Part shown: positions 8,789-15,174 of the stretch, in pieces | Layout of the letters: each line of letters opens with the position of its first letter | Position numbering within the stretch: position 1 is the stretch's first letter | DNA from: Candidatus Woesearchaeota archaeon | Lineage (GTDB): Archaea > Nanobdellota > Nanobdellia > Pacearchaeales > GW2011-AR1 | Direction: 5' to 3' | NCBI GenBank assembly: GCA_964518155.1 | Contig: CAZFDH010000016.1 | Coordinates: forward strand, 1 to 16,390 | DNA length: 16,390 nt | Program-made: the position numbers and the translations under genes | The notes under the pieces: model-generated | Database searches by the model: none | The model's input: only the letters and a program-made list of their open reading frames with translations | What the model was told of the DNA's origin: nothing

Positions 8789-8920
8789 ATGGAAGTGATG
8801 ATATTCAAAATCCCTAAGGAAATGAAAGAACAGTTAGACAAATTAGCGACGAAAGAAGAGAGAACTAAAGCTTATTTTATCAGAAAAGCCATAGAGAAAT
8901 TTTTGGAGGGCAGAAAATGA
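8789..8920 (+). CDS. Ribbon-helix-helix (CopG/Arc-like) protein, 43 aa; not in the supplied ORF track
   Basis: My own translation is MEVMIFKIPKEMKEQLDKLATKEERTKAYFIRKAIEKFLEGRK*. It has the beta-strand / helix / helix RHH pattern (IFKIPKE - MKEQLDKLA - RTKAYFIRKAIEKFL). Stop TGA 8918-8920 overlaps ATG 8917 of the next gene (ATGA coupling). Confidence 0.6.
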   Translation: MEVMIFKIPKEMKEQLDKLATKEERTKAYFIRKAIEKFLEGRK

Positions 8921-9147
8921 GTAACCAAACTTTCTTAATCTGGAATGAAAAAAGTAATTCTCTTATTCAGCTTAAATGTCCTGAATCTATAAAACGGCGG
9001 ATAAAAGCGTTGGCTAAATCAGAAGGGAAGACCGTGACTTCTTATATGCTTGAAAAATCTTTGAACGAGTTGTCTCAAGAAATGAAGCTAAATAAAATAA
9101 TAGAATTGTTGGAGAAGGAGAAAAATGAAAATAATAAAGGACGCTGA
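8917..9147 (+). CDS. Second ribbon-helix-helix protein (76 aa)
   Basis: LIQLKCPESIKRRIKALAKSEGKTVTSYMLEKSLNEL fits the RHH pattern, with a charged, helical C-terminal tail. It overlaps both the upstream RHH gene (4 nt) and the downstream AAA+ gene (23 nt). Confidence 0.6.
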   Translation: MSNQTFLIWNEKSNSLIQLKCPESIKRRIKALAKSEGKTVTSYMLEKSLNELSQEMKLNKIIELLEKEKNENNKGR

Positions 9148-10222
9148 AAAACTTAGAAGCAATTATATTCCAGATAAATTATTATTTCGGGAAGATTTGA
9201 TTAGAGACATCAATCTGAAAATAAAAATCGGAACTGGAAATATGTTCTTGCAGGGAGATACTGGAACCGGTAAGACAGCTAGCGTAATGAAAGCAATAGA
9301 AAAAATTGATAACGTTCTCATTGTTTTCATAAATTGTTCTAGGTATGATACGTATACTTCTGTTGGAATGAAGATAATAGAATCTATTAAAACAACTTCT
9401 ATAAGGCCAACTGGAAGAATACGAGCAGGAATTTCTGAGGAATTGGCAAAAGTGTTAACCACAAAAAGAAAAAAGAAAATAGTTTTTATCTTTGATGAAG
9501 TGGATAAATTAATCAATAAAGAAAGAGACCATCAACAAATTTTTAATCCAATTGTAGAATCTACAAATAGTAACATTATTTTAATTTCTAATGAACCCAC
9601 CGCATTAAATAAATTAGATGCAAGACTTATAAGCAGATTATCTCCTGAAAAAAGATTTGTTCCAAAATATTTCTTTGATGAAATGTTTGAGATACTCAAA
9701 CATCGGGCGAAAATCGGTTTAGTTTCAAAGAATTATGATGTTGAAGCAATAGCAAAAATATCCAGATGGATTTTTAAAACAACTGGTGATATAAGGGAGG
9801 CATTAAATCTCTTATACGAAATTTCTTGTTTAGCTGAAAAAAATAAATGTAGGTTAACTGTCGAACTCTTTGAGGAGGCGAAAAATAGGGTAGAAGATAT
9901 GGAATTTGATGAGGCTTTTGCTTATCTTCCAACTCAACAACAATTAATAATGGCCTCAATAGCAAAAATTGCGATAAAAGAAATTGAAAATTATGCAGAC
10001 AGTACAGAAGTCTATAACTTTTACTCACAATGTGCTAGAGATAATAGCGAGCCGGTTTTACTTCAAAGGCAATTTGAAAGATTACTTCAAAAACTGATTT
10101 TCAGAAAGTTAATCGAGACTGGGACTAAAAGCCCAAAAGGCAGGAGGGGAAAAATGTTCGTTTATTATCCAAAATTTGATACTAGGAGGTTTATGGAAAA
10201 ATATTGGCCAAAGTATAGCTAA
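9125..10222 (+). CDS. Divergent Orc1/Cdc6-like AAA+ ATPase with C-terminal winged helix (probable element-encoded replication initiator)
   Basis: 365 aa. N-terminal YIPDKLLFREDLIRDI matches the Orc1 P..L.gRE.E pattern. Other motifs are Walker A GDTGTGKTA, Walker B VFIFDEVDKL, sensor-1 IILISNEP and SRL. The C-terminal wing KSPKGRRGKMFVYY parallels SKGRGGRMREIKL of the chromosomal Orc1 at nt 1-299. GGAG lies upstream of the ATG. Confidence 0.8.
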   Translation: MKIIKDAEKLRSNYIPDKLLFREDLIRDINLKIKIGTGNMFLQGDTGTGKTASVMKAIEKIDNVLIVFINCSRYDTYTSVGMKIIESIKTTSIRPTGRIRAGISEELAKVLTTKRKKKIVFIFDEVDKLINKERDHQQIFNPIVESTNSNIILISNEPTALNKLDARLISRLSPEKRFVPKYFFDEMFEILKHRAKIGLVSKNYDVEAIAKISRWIFKTTGDIREALNLLYEISCLAEKNKCRLTVELFEEAKNRVEDMEFDEAFAYLPTQQQLIMASIAKIAIKEIENYADSTEVYNFYSQCARDNSEPVLLQRQFERLLQKLIFRKLIETGTKSPKGRRGKMFVYYPKFDTRRFMEKYWPKYS

Positions 10223-10271
10223 TAACCGTCAACACAAGTCATTGTAGTTATTGTGTGTGATGTCGGTTATT
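10221..10271. repeat. Nested imperfect inverted repeat (outer arms AATAACCG / CGGTTATT, inner arms ACACAA / TTGTGT)
   Basis: The sequence is AATAACCGTCAACACAA-gtcattgtagtta-TTGTGTGTGATGTCGGTTATT. It starts at the last base of the Orc1-like stop codon and lies about 30 bp upstream of the recombinase operon. Function unknown (terminator hairpin, res/crossover site or initiator-binding site). Confidence 0.55.
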
Positions 10272-10300
10272 AGTATTAATTGAAAGGAGGTAAAAAGAAG

Positions 10301-10480
10301 ATGAGCAATAATAAATTGGAAGCAGGCGAGAAATATCTGTCTATAAAGATAGTCGGACACGAATACATTAATGTGTTCAAGAACAAAAATAAAAAATCAG
10401 ATAAAGAGCCAGACTATTCAAGCAATGGGGTCGGTGTTTGGGTTAGGACAAAAAAATCAAAGGAGGAAGAAGATATTTAG
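10301..10480 (+). CDS. Small hypothetical protein (59 aa), translationally coupled to the serine recombinase
   Basis: ATG 10301 is preceded by AAGGAGG (10284-10290) at canonical spacing, so I prefer it to the TTG at 10280. Stop TAG 10478-10480 abuts ATG 10481. Lys-rich. The segment KSDKEPDYSSNGVGVWVRTKK is noted under findings. Confidence 0.5.
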   Translation: MSNNKLEAGEKYLSIKIVGHEYINVFKNKNKKSDKEPDYSSNGVGVWVRTKKSKEEEDI

Positions 10481-11143
10481 ATGAAAGAGACTGTAATTTA
10501 TCTTAGAACTTCGACAGAAGAACAAAATCCAGAGAATCAATTAAAGGATTGTGAAGAGTTGGCCGGAAGACTTGGATTGAAAGAATACGATGTATTTCCT
10601 GAGAAGAAGTCTGCCTTCAAAGATAATGTAGAGAGGGCAGTTTTTAACTCGATTAGGTTGGCTATTCAAGAAAAGAAAATAAAGAATTTGATTGTATGGG
10701 ATTTAGACAGGCTTTATAGAAATAGATTAAAGACTGTTGATTTTATAAGAAACTCTTCTAAACTTGGTTTAAACATATATTCTTTTAGACAATCTTGGTT
10801 TGAAGATATAAAGAGAATACCCGAACCCTTTAATGAAATAATGAACGATTTAATGTTGCAGGTTATTTCTTGGATTGCGGAAGAAGAAAGTAAAAAGAAA
10901 AGTGAGAGAGTTAAATCTGCCGTTCGTAGAGAAGATGGAAATACTTTTTCATATAAGGGAAATAAATGGGGCAGAAAAAACATCGTAAACAAAGATGTTC
11001 TTAGGGATGTTTTATTTTTTTATGATAGCGGTATGTCTATAAGAGAAATATCTAAAGAAGTTTTTTATTATGATAAGAATAGAAATAAGAAGAATATCTC
11101 AAAGAGTGTTGTTCATAAAATTATTTTAGAACACAGAAGATAA
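10481..11143 (+). CDS. Small serine recombinase (resolvase/invertase family) with C-terminal HTH
   Basis: 220 aa. VIYLRTSTEEQ carries the catalytic Ser in the Y.R.S...Q motif. LIVWDLDRLYRN is the DRL.R motif and AEEESKKKSERVK the E-helix SER motif. The C-terminal GMSIREISKEV...KSVVHKII is the HTH. AGGAGG lies 15 nt upstream. Confidence 0.9.
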   Translation: MKETVIYLRTSTEEQNPENQLKDCEELAGRLGLKEYDVFPEKKSAFKDNVERAVFNSIRLAIQEKKIKNLIVWDLDRLYRNRLKTVDFIRNSSKLGLNIYSFRQSWFEDIKRIPEPFNEIMNDLMLQVISWIAEEESKKKSERVKSAVRREDGNTFSYKGNKWGRKNIVNKDVLRDVLFFYDSGMSIREISKEVFYYDKNRNKKNISKSVVHKIILEHRR

Positions 11144-11161
11144 TTTACTTTAGAGTGTCCC

Positions 11162-11177
11162 TTAATTGGTCAATTAA
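11162..11177. repeat. 7-2-7 palindrome TTAATTG-GT-CAATTAA, 19 bp after the recombinase stop
   Basis: Perfect 7-bp inverted arms surround an asymmetric GT dinucleotide. The palindrome overlaps the third GTCCCTTAAT copy (11157-11166). This geometry resembles a serine-recombinase crossover site, but the element is AT-rich and short, so it could be chance or a terminator. Confidence 0.35.
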
Positions 11178-11372
11178 AAAATAGCTATTAAACGAGTTAT
11201 TTACTGGGAAAAAATCGAAAAGGGATTTATGGACACTTACGGACAGTTTGACTATAAAAGGACGGTGTCATAGGTGCTTGTGCTGTAATGCTTCCAGAAG
11301 CAGTAACTACACTGCTACTTGGGGTTTCCTGTGTAAAAACTTCAACCACATAATCTTATACCTCAATTAATT

Positions 11373-11585
11373 TTATCTGTTTAAAGTGAAAAGTCTTTCT
11401 GGCTTATATGTTTGTTTTCCCAACCTTTCTTTAACCATCCCTTCTTTCTTCATAAACTCCAAAGCCTTAATTGTTGTTTCCCACTGGGAGCCTATTTTCT
11501 CTGAAATAGCCTTAACAGACAGTTCCTCGTTTCTCAAAACCTTCTTTATAGCAGTTATAACTTCAAGTATGTTCCTTCTTGACAT
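11373..11585 (-). CDS. Small winged-helix DNA-binding protein (70 aa), probable autoregulator
   Basis: MSRRNILEVITAIKKVLRNEELSVKAISEKIGSQWETTIKALEFMKKEGMVKERLGK... is a typical minimal wHTH, with recognition helix SQWETTIKALEFM and a wing after it. The start codon abuts an operator-like site. I prefer it to the overlapping + strand ORF 11386..11628, which is low-complexity and hydrophobic. Confidence 0.65.
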   Translation of the reverse strand: MSRRNILEVITAIKKVLRNEELSVKAISEKIGSQWETTIKALEFMKKEGMVKERLGKQTYKPERLFTLNR

Positions 11586-11639
11586 CTGTATAAAAGCACA
11601 GATATTCTTAAATATCGCAACTGTGTAATTACACAGATA
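11586..11639. promoter_or_regulatory. Bidirectional promoter: two CTGT-N8-ACAGATA sites flanking one TATA-like element
   Basis: Site 1 is CTGTATAAAAGCACAGATA (11586-11604). Site 2 is CTGTGTAATTACACAGATA (11621-11639), whose first 16 bp are a perfect palindrome. The TTCTTAAATATC tract between them lies about 25-35 bp from both divergent start codons (11585 on the minus strand, 11645 on the plus strand). That spacing is consistent with leaderless or short-leader archaeal transcripts. Confidence 0.5.
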
Positions 11640-11644
11640 GCAAA

Positions 11645-11875
11645 ATGGGAATAATTAAAAAACTCTGGAAGGCAATGGATGACACTCCGGAAGAGAAAGC
11701 TCTAATAAAAAGTCAGATTCTTGCAACTCAAATAGCTAATCAACAAAGAGAAATGATGACCTGTAAGAATTGTAAGAAGATATTTAGTGAAGGGTACCCT
11801 TATCAAAGGTATTTATTTGGGAAGGTTAAGAATTATGTTTGTAAGGACTGTGCTAAAAAATTAAAGTTGATTTAG
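11645..11875 (+). CDS. Small zinc-ribbon protein (76 aa), function unknown
   Basis: It has a CxxC...CxxC pair (CKNCKKIF...VCKDCAKKL) after a helical N-terminus. It is transcribed divergently from the wHTH gene and lies upstream of the 352-aa membrane protein. Confidence 0.55.
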   Translation: MGIIKKLWKAMDDTPEEKALIKSQILATQIANQQREMMTCKNCKKIFSEGYPYQRYLFGKVKNYVCKDCAKKLKLI

Positions 11876-11933
11876 GTTCAATAATTTAAATTTCTCTGGA
11901 AAAGTCTATTAAGTTAAAAATATCCAAAGAGTT

Positions 11934-12992
11934 ATGAGAAAAATAGACTTTGGAAAGATAAGCGATTACTTTCTAATCAGCTTGGTTTCGATTGTTTCTA
12001 TTGCTCTAATAATTTTGGAATATTTCCAAGTTCATCGACTTATCTCTCTGGCAGTTGCCATTTTATCTCTTTTAATAATTTTAATTAAGGAAATAAGAGA
12101 GAAAAACAAAGACAGCATAGAAGAAGCAGAAAGAAAACTTACAGATGAGAGAATTATAATAATAGAAAGAGAAGTCACAAAGAAAAATGTTGAGTTGGAA
12201 GACAGGCAAAAAATAATATCTGAATTTTTAAGTGAAGGAATTATTAGAGAAGAGGATTTAATTAAAAGTCTTAATCAAGAACCATTTGTTATATTGTATC
12301 ATTATAATCGTGGAATAAAGCAAGAACTACTCCAGTATTTTCCAGATAAGAAAAAACCAATAAATAAAATCTTAAATGATTTGGGATTTGTTCCTGTGGG
12401 ATTTGCTCACGGTTCTTATTTTTTCCATGTTATTGGTGCTAAGTTTCTTCCTAGACCTTTAGATGATGTTACATATTTAGAGGCATATATAAAAAAGAAA
12501 ATGAGAAATTCATTTAAGAATATCTTATTGAACTTACAAAAAAATAATCCAGAACTTTATAATAAAACCAAAGATAAAAAATTGTTTAATCTAAGTTATT
12601 TTATTGGAAAGATTTTTCCTGCACATTTGAGTGTGGGATATGTTAATTTTTCTTCATTTGATAGAGAGTTTACTTCATATTATTCTAAGTTTAGCAATCT
12701 TAATAAAATGCAAATAAATGAACAAAAGTTAAACGAGATTTTAAAATTGGCCTCATTGAAGATTTTTATTAAACAAATTCCTCCAAAAGATAGAGAAAAA
12801 ATAATCTCGAAAGAAGACGCAATAAAACAAGAATTTTCTATAAATAATTTATTAGACTATCAAACCCTCTCTTTAGAATCTTGGACTAGAGCTTTATCTA
12901 AAATACTCAAAAATGATAAGGCCTCTGTTTATGCCAAAGTAATAAGAAATTCAACACAAAGATATTGTCCAATAATTAGAGAATTTATTTGA
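11934..12992 (+). CDS. Uncharacterised membrane-anchored protein (352 aa): 2 N-terminal TM helices, a charged coiled segment and an unknown C-terminal domain
   Basis: The TM helices are YFLISLVSIVSIALIILEYF and LISLAVAILSLLIILI. Next comes KEIREKNKDSIEEAERKLTDERIIIIEREVTKKNVELEDRQK, then about 250 aa with no motif I recognise. The long ATG-initiated ORF has no competing frame. Its 3' end overlaps the res 3' end by 8 nt (convergent). Confidence 0.65.
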   Translation: MRKIDFGKISDYFLISLVSIVSIALIILEYFQVHRLISLAVAILSLLIILIKEIREKNKDSIEEAERKLTDERIIIIEREVTKKNVELEDRQKIISEFLSEGIIREEDLIKSLNQEPFVILYHYNRGIKQELLQYFPDKKKPINKILNDLGFVPVGFAHGSYFFHVIGAKFLPRPLDDVTYLEAYIKKKMRNSFKNILLNLQKNNPELYNKTKDKKLFNLSYFIGKIFPAHLSVGYVNFSSFDREFTSYYSKFSNLNKMQINEQKLNEILKLASLKIFIKQIPPKDREKIISKEDAIKQEFSINNLLDYQTLSLESWTRALSKILKNDKASVYAKVIRNSTQRYCPIIREFI

Positions 12993-15174
12993 AAGACAAG
13001 AACTTCCAACTTTCGCCTAATTTGTTCTCATTGAAAGAATAATCCTTTCCTTCGTGGTATCTACAACTGCCTTCCTTGAAAACAACAATTCCACCCCATA
13101 ACTTCTTTTTGTATTTCTTGCTATGTTCTTCAATGTGTTTGGCTAAGGCCTCCGCTTTCTCTTTTGCGTCTTCTGCTGTTCTTCCAGACTTAGTATCGAA
13201 TAGCCCTATACTTCCATCTTCCATTACTACAATAAAGTCTACATAGAAGGCTCTTTCAACTCCGTATTTGTCCGCATATTTGACTGCAAAGTATTTCTTT
13301 TCGGACTCTCCATTCTTGAACCACCATAAAACTTTATTCTTGCTTTCTAACAATTCAACAAAATCTTTTTCTGGCTGACTTCCTGACTTTTCAAAGTTAG
13401 GCTTCATAATAGATTTTTTGTAATCTACTGGCTTGTATCTTGAATTGAAACTTATAGATTCTGGAACATTCCAAACAGTATGTTCTGTTTCTCTTTTTTC
13501 AGAAAGTTCTTTTACAACTTTAAGACTATAATCTTCTTTTGCTTTGTTTACATAGTCTGTAATTAATTGGTTATTCTCCTCTCCCAAAATTATCTCTTGT
13601 ATCTTTGTGTAGTCTGAGATTTTAAGAGTCTCCTCAAAGAATTTATACAATGCAGTTTTTATTCTACCACTAGAGTCTGCTGGAGCGAATGGAGAACAAA
13701 CAGAACGAATATACAAATCAAACCGATATTGAAGTTCTTTTTCAGTAATCTTAATTTTTATTTCTCCGCCATGTTTTACAACTTGCACTTCATCTAATTT
13801 TTCTACTCTTCCATCCACCATTATAGCATTTACTAATTTTGTTGGTTGTAAATTAATCTTAGTGTGTATCCTGTCTTTCTTTGCTATGTCTAAAAATATC
13901 TTTGAAAATTTACCAGAGAGTCTAGTCTTTTCTCTTTGTCTCTTAAGATAAACTGATTGTAAATCTATGTTTTTGTATTCTTTTTTTCTTCTGGCCTCAT
14001 AAACGGTAATATAATCTTTCGCAATATCTTCGGCAATTTCAACATCTGAAAGATTTGTGAAAACATAGCCTTTGTTTAATTCTTCTGTGTCGTAATGCTT
14101 AAATTCCGGCATTCTCATAATTCTGCCGATTGTTTGGATTGAGAACACAATGCTTTTCCAATCTCTAAATAAAACTAGAATTGAACTTCTCGGACAATCC
14201 CAACCTAATGCTATGGCCTGTTTGAAGATTAAGACTTCTGTTTCATTATCTAATTTTTCTATATTCTCTAAGTTTACTTTATTGTCTTTTTCTGATAAAT
14301 AAATTGCGAGTTTACGATTCTCTATTGTTATCTTGAATTTGTCTTTTAGAGTTTTAATTATATCTTCTTTTTTATCTATCACTCCTGCTTTGGCGTCGGG
14401 CAACTGGATTAAGACTAGGGGATTAATATTAGAACCCTCTTTTTTATAGGCCTTAACTAATTCTTCTCTTTTCTTTAAAGCACATTCTATAATAAATTCA
14501 TCTGTGCTTTTACCATTAATTGTCTCTTTGTCTATCCCTAAATTTATAGCAACTTCTTTCTTTATCATTCCTTCGTCTTTAACTGCTTGAAAGTCTACTT
14601 CGACAATTCTTGATACTTCTCTAATTTGTGGAGTTGCTGAAACTTCAATAGTCACTTTAGGAGCGATGTCTCTTATTACTTCTTTTGATTTTTCCGCTTT
14701 TGCTGTGTGATGGCTTTCATCAATCACTAGAATAATTTCTCGGCCTTCATCTTTTGTATTTGAAACAACATTTGACAAGTTATTGTCTTGTTCATTTTCT
14801 CTAATGAAAATATTTCCACTTTTGTTTATACTTTGCCAATTAAAGAATAATATCTCATTCTTCCCAATCTTCTTATCTTCTAGGTCTTCAAAATCAGAAC
14901 ATTTTAGGACTCGACTATCTTCGTAATATTGTTCTAACTTATCTTTACTTTGGTCGTGCAACTGATTAACTGAAATCCAAATAAACGAAAGGTCGTTTTT
15001 GTATTTTCTTTCTGTAACTAATCTCTTTAAGGCCTCTGCAAGCATTAAAGTTTTTCCTGAACCTGTCGGAGCCTTGAAAACACAAATCTTATTTTCAGAA
15101 GATTCTAGTAACTCTATTGTTTCTGACTTTAACTTTTCTATTGCTTTGTCTTGGTAATCTTTTAATTCAATCAT
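12985..15174 (-). CDS. res: Type III restriction enzyme Res subunit (SF2 helicase-like ATPase plus C-terminal PD-(D/E)xK nuclease)
   Basis: The helicase motifs are FKAPTGSGKT (I), LVIDESHH (II), SATP (III) and QTIGRIMR (VI). The C-terminal YVDFIVVMEDGSIGLFDTKSG fits D...(D/E)xK. The likely start is MIELKDYQ at ATG 15174, which overlaps the mod stop (15167-15169) by 8 nt as ATGATTGA. The ORF-track start at 15222 is a non-ATG extension. Confidence 0.85.
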   Translation of the reverse strand: MIELKDYQDKAIEKLKSETIELLESSENKICVFKAPTGSGKTLMLAEALKRLVTERKYKNDLSFIWISVNQLHDQSKDKLEQYYEDSRVLKCSDFEDLEDKKIGKNEILFFNWQSINKSGNIFIRENEQDNNLSNVVSNTKDEGREIILVIDESHHTAKAEKSKEVIRDIAPKVTIEVSATPQIREVSRIVEVDFQAVKDEGMIKKEVAINLGIDKETINGKSTDEFIIECALKKREELVKAYKKEGSNINPLVLIQLPDAKAGVIDKKEDIIKTLKDKFKITIENRKLAIYLSEKDNKVNLENIEKLDNETEVLIFKQAIALGWDCPRSSILVLFRDWKSIVFSIQTIGRIMRMPEFKHYDTEELNKGYVFTNLSDVEIAEDIAKDYITVYEARRKKEYKNIDLQSVYLKRQREKTRLSGKFSKIFLDIAKKDRIHTKINLQPTKLVNAIMVDGRVEKLDEVQVVKHGGEIKIKITEKELQYRFDLYIRSVCSPFAPADSSGRIKTALYKFFEETLKISDYTKIQEIILGEENNQLITDYVNKAKEDYSLKVVKELSEKRETEHTVWNVPESISFNSRYKPVDYKKSIMKPNFEKSGSQPEKDFVELLESKNKVLWWFKNGESEKKYFAVKYADKYGVERAFYVDFIVVMEDGSIGLFDTKSGRTAEDAKEKAEALAKHIEEHSKKYKKKLWGGIVVFKEGSCRYHEGKDYSFNENKLGESWKFLSFK

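Noticed and set aside
9163-10028. Two minus-strand ORFs (117 and 84 aa) inside the Orc1/Cdc6-like gene
   Set aside because: They are antisense to a gene with a complete Walker A / Walker B / sensor / wing motif set. They have no motifs of their own.
10714-10992. 92-aa minus-strand ORF inside the serine recombinase gene
   Set aside because: It is a shadow of a confidently assigned gene.
11386-11628. 80-aa + strand ORF overlapping the 70-aa wHTH gene
   Set aside because: The two calls are mutually exclusive. The minus-strand product has a clear wHTH pattern and an ATG abutting the operator/promoter unit. The plus-strand product is hydrophobic and low-complexity, and it would run through the promoter of the next gene.
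11389-11907. 9-mer GAAAAGTCT repeated at 11389 and 11899; TGTGTAATT shared by 8194 and 11622
   Set aside because: These are single short matches, one copy inside coding sequence, with no symmetry or positional logic. They are at the level expected by chance in a 16-kb AT-rich window.
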